A stretch of 26,141 nucleotides of DNA from Candidatus Thorarchaeota archaeon (GCA_003345595.1 PRDI01000097.1:1-26141); one strand, 5' to 3'; numbered from the stretch's first letter, positions 1 through 8,890 are shown. The notes: generated by a model not told the origin, from the letters alone. A program made the numbers and translations.

Positions 1-1
1 G

Positions 2-133
2 ACAACCCCAACCACTACAACCAGCGGCGACAATGCCATGCTGCTAATAGCCAGTCTGGCAATTGTGGTCGTCTTTGCAGTCATCATTGTGTTGTTTTTG
101 CTCAGGCAAAAGGGCTTCATCCTGAAACCCTAG
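2..133 (+). CDS. C-terminal fragment of a membrane-anchored surface protein (5'-truncated by window edge)
   Basis: Not in the ORF track. Frame +2 reads TTPTTTTSGDNAMLLIASLAIVVVFAVIIVLFLLRQKGFILKP* (TAG 131-133): Thr-rich linker, one TM helix, basic tail, the same ending as the next gene. Confidence 0.8.
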   Translation, partial: TTPTTTTSGDNAMLLIASLAIVVVFAVIIVLFLLRQKGFILKP

Positions 134-161
134 AGCTAGGAACTATTGCTGGTGACCTATC

Positions 162-1796
162 ATGCCGAACCGTTCCATACTGAAACTTGCATCCTTCGTG
201 CTCCTGTCAGTGATTGCCTCAGTGCCGCTCATCGTTGTGACATGTGATAGCATAGTGTTTGACAATGAGTGCGAAGGGATCACATCCGAGTGTTTGATGG
301 CATCGTACATTAGCAGCCTTCCGATAGTGATTAGCAGCAATGTTGACTTTGCCAGTCAGGCCTCAGCCAATTCGTGGCCCGGCAACGGATCAGCAACGAC
401 TCCCTACATCATCGAAGACCTCAACGTGACTTCGGGTGTGATTAGTCAGGTTCTCTTCAATGTCAGTGATACTGACGTGTACTTTGTTCTCCAGGACTGT
501 TTACTGGTGGGTGGGTCTGTAGCTGTCTTGCTGGAGAACGTGGTTCATGGCAGCATTGTGAACAACACAATTCATGATGCCAACGAACATGGCATGTTGC
601 TGACGGAGTGTCTTGATACAGAGGTCCGAAACAACACTGTCTATCACACTCTGGTGGGCTCGGGCGTCTATCTGATGTGGTGCGAAGATACGATTGTCAC
701 AAACAACACACTCCTTGTGAACACAGACAGAGGTGTTCTCGTAGACTACTCGTCACTATGTGTGGTTGAACGGAACATTATTGCTCACAATGAGTACAAT
801 GGTATCACAGTAAGGGACTCGGATCATATCATTCTGCGGAATAACACGATTGACGGCAACAGCGGCACCGGCATAGTGCTGGGCAATTCCCCGCTCTGCA
901 ACATTAGTGATAACATCATTGGCAATTCCTCGTTCAGAGGCATATCCCTCGAAGCCTCCGCGTACACACGTGTTCACAGGAATCTGATAGTCCGGAACAC
1001 TTATGCCGGCTTGTCTATTGAAGGCTCGAACTCTGCTGCAGTATTGAACAACACATTCTACAATAACGGCTTCTATGGAGTCCGAGTAGAGTCGAACTAT
1101 GTGAATGTCACAACGAACAACTTCGTTGACAATAGGATGGGTCTTCCTCCTGGAGCGGTGCCCCAAGGGTGTGATCTTGGCATAGGCTGCCTGTTTGCTC
1201 ACAACTTCTGGAGCGATTGCCTTGCACCTGATTCCAATCATGATGGGATTGTCGACTCGCCGTATGCATTAGATGGGCCTTCATTGAGCAAAGATTACTA
1301 CGCTCGCACAGTAGTCTATGAAACCCAGATGATGCACATCCTCGTAAGGCCTATTGTCTTGTTTCCACCTCTGAGCAACAATGGTACGGTCTTCTCTGAT
1401 TCTATGAACTTGACATGGGCAGAGTCAAGTGACACATTCAGGCATGGCATATCGTACTCAGTGTACTACAACCAGAGTCTGGCACAGAACTGGGTCCAGT
1501 TGGCGACGGAACTGACTTCGGCATACTATTTGTGGAATCTGACATCTGTTCCTGACATTGTCAACTGCATGGTCAAAGTTGAGGCTAAATGCACGGAGGG
1601 CCTAACGTCAGAAAGAATCTCCAGTGCGATGTTCTCTATAATGAGCAACACAACCACAACGAGTACAACCACGACTACCACGACCACTCCGGGGTGGGAT
1701 CAAGGCTTGATCCTGGCATTTGTGGGGACGGGCATTGCAGGAATCGTCGTGGCAACAGTCATTGTTCTCATGCTCAGAAGACGGAAGGGCGGATAG
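162..1796 (+). CDS. Cell-surface protein: right-handed beta-helix (NosD/pectin-lyase-like) repeats, FN3/Ig-like domain, Thr-rich linker, C-terminal TM anchor
   Basis: N-terminal hydrophobic signal; WPGNGSATTPYIIE motif; repeated (I/V)xNNxI...GI parallel beta-helix units; NFW..D.NHDGIVDSPY motif; poly-Thr, TM helix and RRRKGG tail; many N-x-S/T sequons; GGTGA SD just upstream. Confidence 0.85.
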   Translation: MPNRSILKLASFVLLSVIASVPLIVVTCDSIVFDNECEGITSECLMASYISSLPIVISSNVDFASQASANSWPGNGSATTPYIIEDLNVTSGVISQVLFNVSDTDVYFVLQDCLLVGGSVAVLLENVVHGSIVNNTIHDANEHGMLLTECLDTEVRNNTVYHTLVGSGVYLMWCEDTIVTNNTLLVNTDRGVLVDYSSLCVVERNIIAHNEYNGITVRDSDHIILRNNTIDGNSGTGIVLGNSPLCNISDNIIGNSSFRGISLEASAYTRVHRNLIVRNTYAGLSIEGSNSAAVLNNTFYNNGFYGVRVESNYVNVTTNNFVDNRMGLPPGAVPQGCDLGIGCLFAHNFWSDCLAPDSNHDGIVDSPYALDGPSLSKDYYARTVVYETQMMHILVRPIVLFPPLSNNGTVFSDSMNLTWAESSDTFRHGISYSVYYNQSLAQNWVQLATELTSAYYLWNLTSVPDIVNCMVKVEAKCTEGLTSERISSAMFSIMSNTTTTSTTTTTTTTPGWDQGLILAFVGTGIAGIVVATVIVLMLRRRKGG

Positions 1797-1908
1797 TCGA
1801 TCTACAGGTGATTCTGGGGAAGTAGCTAGCGAGTCCACGAGGAATGGGCTCAGGTAGCTTTTTCCATGCACGCAGGCATTTCCGCGGGGACAGTGAAGTG
1901 GATTTGCA

Positions 1909-3075
1909 TTGACATATACGTCGCAGGTTTCCGAAGGCTACCAAGGGTTTGAACAGGGTCCGATCCGTCCCCCTAGTGAAGCTCAGAGTCTGCTTATTCG
2001 AGTCACCCGCAACTGTGCATGGAATCGCTGTACATTCTGTCCTGTGTACAAAGCGCTCGCTTTCTCCAAGCGGCCTGTAGCAGACGTCAAGAGAGACATC
2101 GATCTCGTGTATGAGTACCTGCTGGAGATTCAGCAGGCCCATGACATGCAATCTGCGGGAATTCGTCGTGAAATGACGAGATTGGCGAAGAGCGGCGGCC
2201 CGATGGATCCTGCCGCATTCGAGGCAGCCATGCAATGGTTCCTCAATGGTGCGAACTCTGTGTTTCTCCAAGATGCTGACTCTCTTGTAACAGGCGCTTC
2301 CGAACTGATTGACATAGTCAGTCACCTCAAGACTCGTTTCCCTTGGGTGGAACGAGTGACTTCGTATGCACGATCGAGCACGATTGGCAAAGTCGCTGAA
2401 GATGATCTCAAAGCGTTGAGGACAGCGGGACTCAACAGACTTCATGTGGGTCTTGAATCAGGGTCTGATAAGGTCCTTCGTATGGTGAGGAAGGGTTCGT
2501 CAAAGGAGATGCACGTGAAGGCGGGGCTGAAAGTGAAGAAGGCAGGCATGGAGCTCTCCGAGTACGTAATGCCCGGGCTGGGTGGGATCGGATTGTCAAC
2601 AGAGCATGCACTGGAAACTGCTGACGCGCTAAGCCAAATCGACCCCGACTTCATACGTTTCCGAACTCTGGCAGTGTCCGAGAGGGCACCCCTACACGTA
2701 GACCGTGTTTCAGGCCGCTTCCAGACGTGCTCCGATGTGATGATTGTGAAGGAGATGAGGACTCTGATAGAGAACCTGAGGGGCGTGAGCAGTGCTATCA
2801 AGAGTGACCACATTCTAAATCTCTTCGAGGATCTCGAAGGAAGGATGCCTCAGGACAAGGGCCGCATGCTGGCAATTCTAGATGAGTTTCTCGAGATGGA
2901 ACCCGAGAAACAAGACTTGTATCGTGTGGGCAGACGGCTGGGCGTCTTCTCGAGCTTGGGGGACATGAGGGATTTAGAGAGGGTTTCGCGAGTTCAGCAA
3001 CTGTGTGAGTCAAACGGCATCACACATGAAAGCACTGATGCTCTGTTGGAACATATCATGCAGACTTTCATCTGA
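1909..3075 (+). CDS. Radical SAM protein (COG1032-like, function unknown)
   Basis: IRPPSEAQSLLIRVTRNCAWNRCTFC Fe-S motif (CX4CX2C), FLQDAD, GLESGSD, SDHILN; TTG start. Confidence 0.88.
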   Translation: MTYTSQVSEGYQGFEQGPIRPPSEAQSLLIRVTRNCAWNRCTFCPVYKALAFSKRPVADVKRDIDLVYEYLLEIQQAHDMQSAGIRREMTRLAKSGGPMDPAAFEAAMQWFLNGANSVFLQDADSLVTGASELIDIVSHLKTRFPWVERVTSYARSSTIGKVAEDDLKALRTAGLNRLHVGLESGSDKVLRMVRKGSSKEMHVKAGLKVKKAGMELSEYVMPGLGGIGLSTEHALETADALSQIDPDFIRFRTLAVSERAPLHVDRVSGRFQTCSDVMIVKEMRTLIENLRGVSSAIKSDHILNLFEDLEGRMPQDKGRMLAILDEFLEMEPEKQDLYRVGRRLGVFSSLGDMRDLERVSRVQQLCESNGITHESTDALLEHIMQTFI

Positions 3076-3198
3076 TTTGGCGTTGTCTGTATTCGCAGTG
3101 TCATGTTTTCGGATTCAGGAGCATTCCAGCAGATCGGCAGAAAGGAGCCGGGACTATGGCAAACTAGGTCCTTCTCTCGATGCGAACAAGCAGAATGA

Positions 3199-3206
3199 CT
3201 ATATAC
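3199..3206 (+). promoter_or_regulatory. Putative TATA box for a leaderless carboxyltransferase operon
   Basis: CTATATAC ending about 25 nt upstream of ATG 3232; no SD before that ATG. Confidence 0.55.
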
Positions 3207-3231
3207 GCCACCGATACTGCGGTTCCTGACT

Positions 3232-4818
3232 ATGACACGGCTCCGCATAACAGACACGCTTCTCCGTGATGCGCACCAGTCGCTTCTGGCGACGCGCATG
3301 AAGACAGAGGACATGATACCGATCTGTGAGAAGCTCGACAGAGTAGGCTATCAGTCGCTTGAGATGTTCGGCGGGGCCACATTCGATACTATGATGCGTT
3401 TTCTCGACGAGGACCCATGGGAAAGGCTGGAAGTCCTGCGAGATGCATTGCCCCACACGAAGCTGCAAATGCTGCTGCGGGGACAGAACATAGTTGGCTA
3501 TAGGAACTTCCCAGATGATGTTCTTGAGGCATTTGTGGTTGAGGCTGTGAAGGCAGGTCTAGACATCTTTAGAATCTTCGATGCGCTGAACGATGTTCGT
3601 AACATGGAAGCGGCCATGCGTTTTGTGAAGCAAGAAGGGGGCCATGTTCAAGCGGCCATATGCTACACGCTGAGTCCATTTCACACCATTGAGAAGTTCG
3701 TTGAGAACGCAAAGGTCCTCTACTCGATGGACGCCGACTCGATATGTATCAAGGACATGGCCGGTCTCATCTCTCCTCAGGCGGCATTCGAGCTTGTCAC
3801 GAGGATGAAAGAGGAGATCGATATACCCATACAACTCCACTCTCACTACACGAGTGGGATGGCATCAATGGCATATCTGAAGGCCGCCGAGGCCGGTGTG
3901 GATGCGGTCGACTGCGCGATTTCTTCCCTTTCCATGGCGACATCTCAGCCTGCCACTGAGTCGATGGTGGAGGCGTTGAAGGGGACTGAGAGGGATACAG
4001 GACTGGACCTTGTGCTGCTTGCAGAGATTGCAGACTACTTCAGAAAGGTCCGGGCGAAGTATGCGAAGTTCGAGGGTGCTCTGCAGGGTGTTGACCCTCA
4101 AGTTCTGGTCTTTCAGATCCCTGGCGGAATGCTGTCAAACCTCGACAATCAGCTCAGGGAACAGGGAGCGCTTGACCGATATGACGAGGTCCTCAAAGAA
4201 GTGCCGCGTGTTCGTGCGGAGCTGGGATATCCTCCCTTAGTCACGCCATCTAGCCAGATAGTGGGCACACAGGCCACTCTGAATGTGATAACGGGTGAGC
4301 GATACAAGATCATCCCCACGGAAGTGAAGCAGTACGTACGAGGGCTCTATGGCAGACCTCCCGCACCCATTGACCCAAAGATTAGGAAGCTAGTCATAGG
4401 CGATGAGACTCCTCTCACCGTACGTCCCGCAGATCTGTTGCAGCCCGAGATGCCGAAGGCCCGAGAGGCGTTGAAAGACATACCGCACGTCCCTCGTGAT
4501 GAGGTCTCCTATGCATTGTTTCCTCAGTATGCGCTTGACTTCCTCAAGAGAAGAGCCGAGAAACGAACCGGTGAGTCGAGAAGCCCAGAGCTTGAACTTG
4601 CCATGATAGCTGCTGTTCTCCACACGGGCAGCCAAGTCACTACTGCAGTGCAGCCGGGTGTGATCTCAGGGGAAGCGTGGTCTCATGCGGGCCGCGACGA
4701 TTTGATGACTGGTAGACGAGTGGAGAACCTCCCCGGCCGATGGGAGCGTGGCTCCTCTGCATGGGCATCATCAGGCAGGAAAGAGAACATGAAGAGCCGC
4801 GAGCAGGGGGAAGTCTGA
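3232..4818 (+). CDS. pycB: Pyruvate/oxaloacetate carboxyltransferase (pyruvate carboxylase subunit B / oxaloacetate decarboxylase alpha / transcarboxylase 5S family) without a fused biotinyl domain
   Basis: DTLLRDAHQSLLATRM, GGATFD, RIFDALND, CIKDMAG, LHSHYTSG, QIPGGMLSNL, GYPPLVTPSSQIVGTQA; no AMKM motif. Confidence 0.9.
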   Translation: MTRLRITDTLLRDAHQSLLATRMKTEDMIPICEKLDRVGYQSLEMFGGATFDTMMRFLDEDPWERLEVLRDALPHTKLQMLLRGQNIVGYRNFPDDVLEAFVVEAVKAGLDIFRIFDALNDVRNMEAAMRFVKQEGGHVQAAICYTLSPFHTIEKFVENAKVLYSMDADSICIKDMAGLISPQAAFELVTRMKEEIDIPIQLHSHYTSGMASMAYLKAAEAGVDAVDCAISSLSMATSQPATESMVEALKGTERDTGLDLVLLAEIADYFRKVRAKYAKFEGALQGVDPQVLVFQIPGGMLSNLDNQLREQGALDRYDEVLKEVPRVRAELGYPPLVTPSSQIVGTQATLNVITGERYKIIPTEVKQYVRGLYGRPPAPIDPKIRKLVIGDETPLTVRPADLLQPEMPKAREALKDIPHVPRDEVSYALFPQYALDFLKRRAEKRTGESRSPELELAMIAAVLHTGSQVTTAVQPGVISGEAWSHAGRDDLMTGRRVENLPGRWERGSSAWASSGRKENMKSREQGEV

Positions 4819-5342
4819 TGAGCAATGAGTATGATGCCAAGCTAGATGGTCGTGACTTCAGAGTTGAGGTACGCCACCTTGACGAGGGCGGCCTTTTGGT
4901 TGTGAAGGTTGGAACGGAAACCTTCACACTAAAAGCATCGCTCAAGGAAGATGGCACATGGACTGTCAATGATACGAGGAGTGATCATGCTCTGAAGTTA
5001 CTGCGACGAAGTGGAAAGCGGGTAGTCGTGGAGGTAGACGGACAGCAGAAAGAGGTAGAGTGGGAGAGAGTACGCAAAGAAGAAACGGACAGAAAAACAG
5101 GTCCATCCTCGAAGACCGGGAAGCGAGTGAGTGGTGGTGTCTATCCACCCATGCCAGGAAAGGTGACGGAAGTCAGAGTGACCGTCGGCGACAAGGTCGA
5201 GCCCGGCCAGACAGTGTGCATTCTTGAGGCCATGAAGATGTTCAACGAGCTGAAAGCGCCGAACAGCGGCACTGTCAAGCAGATCAACGTTAAACCTGGT
5301 TCATCTGTGGCTTTGGGTGACCTTCTGATTCTGATTGAGTGA
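4818..5342 (+). CDS. Biotin carboxyl carrier protein with an N-terminal beta-rich linker domain
   Basis: PPMPGKV...ILEAMKMFNE biotinylation motif. Start moved from 4740 to ATG 4818, which overlaps the upstream stop (TGATG). Confidence 0.9.
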   Translation: MSNEYDAKLDGRDFRVEVRHLDEGGLLVVKVGTETFTLKASLKEDGTWTVNDTRSDHALKLLRRSGKRVVVEVDGQQKEVEWERVRKEETDRKTGPSSKTGKRVSGGVYPPMPGKVTEVRVTVGDKVEPGQTVCILEAMKMFNELKAPNSGTVKQINVKPGSSVALGDLLILIE

Positions 5343-5345
5343 GGC

Positions 5346-6521
5346 TTGACCGCGATGGAGCCCGTCTACGTGGCAGGTGTGGGCATGACCCGGTTTGGAG
5401 TTCTCGATGATAGCATCACTGAGCTGGCGGAGAAAGCTGCAGTCGAAGCAATGCGTGACTCCAACTCGATTGAGCACAAATTCGACTATGTCATTGTGGG
5501 CAGTCAGGACCCGGAGGAGTTCACAGGCCAAGGCCATCTCTCAACCGTGTTGGCTGATAGGCTTGGCATCGTCCCTGCGGGTGCGACCCGCGTCGAAACT
5601 GGGCCATCTGCGGGCTCGAGCGCTTTCGAGGAGGCTGTCGCACTTGTCGGAGCAGGATTGGCGAGTCTGGTCCTAGTTATAGGAGTCGAGAAGATGTCTG
5701 GCGTGGATCGGGGAGCTGCTTCCAGAATCATCGCCAAGATGGTTTCGCTGGAGAGTGAAGCGAGATACGGAGCAACACCTGCAGCATTGGCGGCGTTGGT
5801 CGCGCGACGATACATGCATGACTATGGTCTCACAAGGGATGACCTGTCGCTCATTCCAGTCAAGGCTCACAAGAATGGAGCCAAGAATCCTTTGGCTCAT
5901 TTCCAGAACGAAGTAACAGTTGAGAAGGTGAATGCTGGACGCATTGTGTCTGATCCCCTGACGCTCTATGACTGCTCTCCAACCAGCGATGGGGCTGCGG
6001 CGTTAGTCGTGGCTTCAGAAGAAGCGGTCGCAGTGCTTGAATCTCAGAACGAATCAGTCAGGGTTTTGGGTATTGGGCATGCCACAGACTATCATGCTGT
6101 TCAACATAGATTGTCATTGACTTCTCTGAGAGCCACTGTAGTCGCTGCTGAGAGCGCTTTCCGAATGGCCCGGGTCAAACCGAAGGATCTGGACGTGTGC
6201 GAGCTTCACGATGCGTTCTCTATTCTCGAGCTAATCGACATGGAGGACATCGGTCTGGCAAAGCCCGGCAGGGCAATCGAGCTGGTGAAAAGCGGAACGT
6301 CGCAAGTGGATGGCAGGATTCCCGTCAACACAACGGGCGGGCTCAAAGCTCGTGGGCATCCAACAGGTGCAACTGGGGTCGCGCAGATACGCGACACGGT
6401 TCTTCAACTTCGGGGTAGTGCGCCAAAGGGACTGCAGGTTCGGGACGCAGAGATTGGACTGACGCATAACATAGGTGGGTTTGGCAACAACATGGTCGTT
6501 TCAATCTTGAGACGGCGGTAG
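5346..6521 (+). CDS. Thiolase-family protein (SCP2/archaeal type) lacking both canonical catalytic cysteines
   Basis: GVGMTRFG, GVEKMS, DCSPTSDGAAA, ELHDAF, GGLKARGHPTGATG, HNIGG; RVETGPSAG where RVExxCxxG is expected. Start is TTG 5346 or ATG 5355. Confidence 0.88.
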   Translation: MTAMEPVYVAGVGMTRFGVLDDSITELAEKAAVEAMRDSNSIEHKFDYVIVGSQDPEEFTGQGHLSTVLADRLGIVPAGATRVETGPSAGSSAFEEAVALVGAGLASLVLVIGVEKMSGVDRGAASRIIAKMVSLESEARYGATPAALAALVARRYMHDYGLTRDDLSLIPVKAHKNGAKNPLAHFQNEVTVEKVNAGRIVSDPLTLYDCSPTSDGAAALVVASEEAVAVLESQNESVRVLGIGHATDYHAVQHRLSLTSLRATVVAAESAFRMARVKPKDLDVCELHDAFSILELIDMEDIGLAKPGRAIELVKSGTSQVDGRIPVNTTGGLKARGHPTGATGVAQIRDTVLQLRGSAPKGLQVRDAEIGLTHNIGGFGNNMVVSILRRR

Positions 6522-6686
6522 ACAGCCTAACCAGAGTGCGGACTTACATTCACTCATCCAAGATTCTCTTATTAATCGCCAAGTGACTCTTGTCTGATGG
6601 TCATGGTCTGATCGAATGCCAAGGGACTCCATTCGGTCATGTTTAGCGACCAACCGGTCTGTTCAGGAATGGGTGGTATGGGATAA

Positions 6687-7073
6687 ATGGGACTGTACGA
6701 TAGTTCGAGACGCAAGAAGACGCAGCATCCAGAGTTCAAGCCCGTCGCGAGAGGACGCGAGTCTGTGCGCACTGAGGGGCCGAGGCAGGGTGCGCCCACA
6801 GCAAAGCCCGTCGTTACAGGAGCGGCGCGATCAGCGGTCCGATCCGAAACGGCATCATTACTTGCGGAATACCGGAAGCTCGTTCAAAGGCGCGGAGCAC
6901 TTACGGCGGAGAGGGCAGAGTTGACCACCCGCCTTGAGAGAGGTGAGATAACCACTGCTCAGTTCCATAAGGAGCTCAGAGCGAAGATTCAGGAGGCCGC
7001 GCGGGTTTCAGAGAACCTGAGCGCCACTGCCGCGCGTCTGAGTGAGCTTGGTTATTCTGGTCTTGCCCCATGA
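6687..7073 (+). CDS. Hypothetical protein: basic disordered N-terminus plus helical hairpin/coiled coil
   Basis: 128-aa ORF co-oriented with neighbours; amphipathic helices around RLERGEITTAQFHKELR; GGTGG SD-like site upstream and TTATTAA near 6569-6575. Confidence 0.65.
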   Translation: MGLYDSSRRKKTQHPEFKPVARGRESVRTEGPRQGAPTAKPVVTGAARSAVRSETASLLAEYRKLVQRRGALTAERAELTTRLERGEITTAQFHKELRAKIQEAARVSENLSATAARLSELGYSGLAP

Positions 7074-7208
7074 AGGCTCAGGCATGCGTGATTTGCCTGC
7101 GTCGTGCCAGCTGAACGGAGTTGCAGGGTCTGCCGTGTAGAGCCAAATGATACGTACAGAGGTAAACCCTTTTGACCGGCAACCATTGAAATGCATGTGG
7201 TTTCTAAG

Positions 7209-7535
7209 ATGAGCATCTCCGCATCGAAATGCAAGAGCTGTGACAGGACCGTAATACCGCCCAGAACCATCTGTCCGTACTGCGGACCGAAGGCAGGTGA
7301 CATGTCCCAAATAACAGTCGGAGAGGAAGGGACAGTTCTGAGCTACACACTGTCACAGATGCCTCCGGAAGGGTTCGACCCTCCGATTCTACTGGCGCTT
7401 GTCCAGCTGCAACACAATGCAGTCGTGTTGTGTTTGGGCAATCCAGAGGACTCCTCACGTATCCAGATAGACAAACGAGTGAAGGTCCTTTCGGGTGATG
7501 ATGGCCGTTTCCACTTCTCTCCTGTTGAGATCTGA
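7209..7535 (+). CDS. DUF35 family Zn-ribbon + OB-fold protein (thiolase partner)
   Basis: CKSC...PPRTICPYC Zn ribbon and GTVLSYT...PPEGF.PP...ALVQL OB fold. ATG 7209 preferred; 7191 is the alternative. Confidence 0.88.
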   Translation: MSISASKCKSCDRTVIPPRTICPYCGPKAGDMSQITVGEEGTVLSYTLSQMPPEGFDPPILLALVQLQHNAVVLCLGNPEDSSRIQIDKRVKVLSGDDGRFHFSPVEI

Positions 7536-7662
7536 TGCCTGCTAATAGCTGCTCGTATGGGCCACCTTTTCGCCAGCAATTCGAAGTAGATGCAATTCCG
7601 ACTGACTGAATCACATATTGATTTAAGGAGGCAGTTTCAGCCTACCGTTGGGTGATTCCGGC

Positions 7663-8826
7663 ATGGACTATCTAAGCACAGTATTCTGGACTCAAGATGA
7701 GATTAGGTTCCGCGAGGAAGTACGAGCCTTCTGTGAAAAGGAGATAGCCCCAGTTTCCGACAAGCTGGACAAGGGCCCTTACCCACGGGATCTCATCACC
7801 AAGATTGGCAAGGCTGGCTACATGGGTGTCCATCACGAGAAGGCTGCTGGCGGATCTGCTCGAGGTCTCTCCTACGAAACAATAGTGGCAGAGGAGATTA
7901 GCAGATGCAACGGTGGTCTCGACATGGCTCGGATGGCGTCAGCAACACTCTATGGCATGCCGGTGAGCAAGTTCGGAACTGTGGAACAGAAGAAGAGGTA
8001 TCTTGCTCCAATCATTAGAGGCGACAAGATAGGCTGCATAGGCATCACCGAACCTGATGTTGGTTCAGACACTGCTGGTATGAAGACACGCGCCGAGAGG
8101 GATGGTAACGAATGGGTCGTCACCGGGGAGAAACGTTTCATCACGAACGGCAGTCAGGCAGATTACATGTGCTGTTTTGCCATCACTGATCCCAAGGTCG
8201 ACCCGAAGAATGGCATGACCGCTTTCATCGTGGACACAAAGAGCAAGGGCTTCAGTGTTTTGAAAGACCACGACCTATTGGGAATGAAATCCTCGAGGGT
8301 ATCTTGGCTGAAGATTGACCATGTTCGCGTTCCTTCCGACATGGTATTGGGATCGCCTGGTCAGGGCTTCAGAATCCTGATGGACGAGCTTGACAGTGAG
8401 CGGACGGCCATTGCAGCGGAGGCAATTGGTTACGCCCGCATTCCGTACGAGACCGCAGTGAAGCATTCCAATGAGCGACAGCAGTTTGGCAAGAGAATCC
8501 GCGAGTTTGAGGGCGTGAGTTTCAAGATTGCAGACATGGCTATGAAGCTTGAGGCAGGTCGTGCACTGACTCTTACTGCCGCCCGAATGCTCGATAAAGG
8601 ACTGAAGGCCACGAAGCAGGCATCAATCGCAAAGCTGTATACGACAGAAGCCGCTGTCCAGATCACGAACGATGCTCTGCAGATTCTGGGCGGTTTGGGC
8701 TATACAACCGACTATCCTGTTGAACGGTTTCTCAGAGACGCAAGACTGATGACGATAGGCGGGGGAACGGCAGAGATACTGAGGTTCCTGATTCAGCGCG
8801 AAGTGTTCAAGGAGTTCGAGCTCTAG
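7663..8826 (+). CDS. Acyl-CoA dehydrogenase (isovaleryl-CoA/LCAD-type catalytic Glu position)
   Basis: ITEPDVGSD, GEKRFITNG, RQQFGK, QILGGLGY, RDARLMTIGGGTAE, ELDSER. TTTAAG at 7622-7627 and GGTGAT SD at 7651-7656 support ATG 7663 over TTG 7648. Confidence 0.92.
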   Translation: MDYLSTVFWTQDEIRFREEVRAFCEKEIAPVSDKLDKGPYPRDLITKIGKAGYMGVHHEKAAGGSARGLSYETIVAEEISRCNGGLDMARMASATLYGMPVSKFGTVEQKKRYLAPIIRGDKIGCIGITEPDVGSDTAGMKTRAERDGNEWVVTGEKRFITNGSQADYMCCFAITDPKVDPKNGMTAFIVDTKSKGFSVLKDHDLLGMKSSRVSWLKIDHVRVPSDMVLGSPGQGFRILMDELDSERTAIAAEAIGYARIPYETAVKHSNERQQFGKRIREFEGVSFKIADMAMKLEAGRALTLTAARMLDKGLKATKQASIAKLYTTEAAVQITNDALQILGGLGYTTDYPVERFLRDARLMTIGGGTAEILRFLIQREVFKEFEL

Positions 8827-8865
8827 GGTGACAACCTAGTACCACGTCTGTGCAGAGGATAGAAC

Positions 8866-8888
8866 GTGAAGGGGACGAACCCCTTCAC
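8866..8888. terminator. Perfect 9-bp hairpin between convergent genes
   Basis: GTGAAGGGG-ACGAA-CCCCTTCAC between the stops at 8826 (+) and 8891 (-). Confidence 0.6.
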
Positions 8889-8890
8889 AC

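Noticed and set aside
756-2445. Long antisense ORFs (756-1241, 1774-2445) and the other short overlapping ORFs in the track
   Set aside because: They overlap well-supported genes and show no recognisable motifs.
4740-4817. N-terminal extensions in the ORF track for the biotin carrier (and likewise leuC 12563-12643 and S8 24293-24364)
   Set aside because: They overlap upstream genes or lack support; stop/start coupling and SD sites favour the shorter starts.
6597-6686. Possible selenopeptide ATG GTC ATG GTC TGA...TAA upstream of the 6687 ORF
   Set aside because: No recognisable motif or SECIS; more simply a 5' leader.
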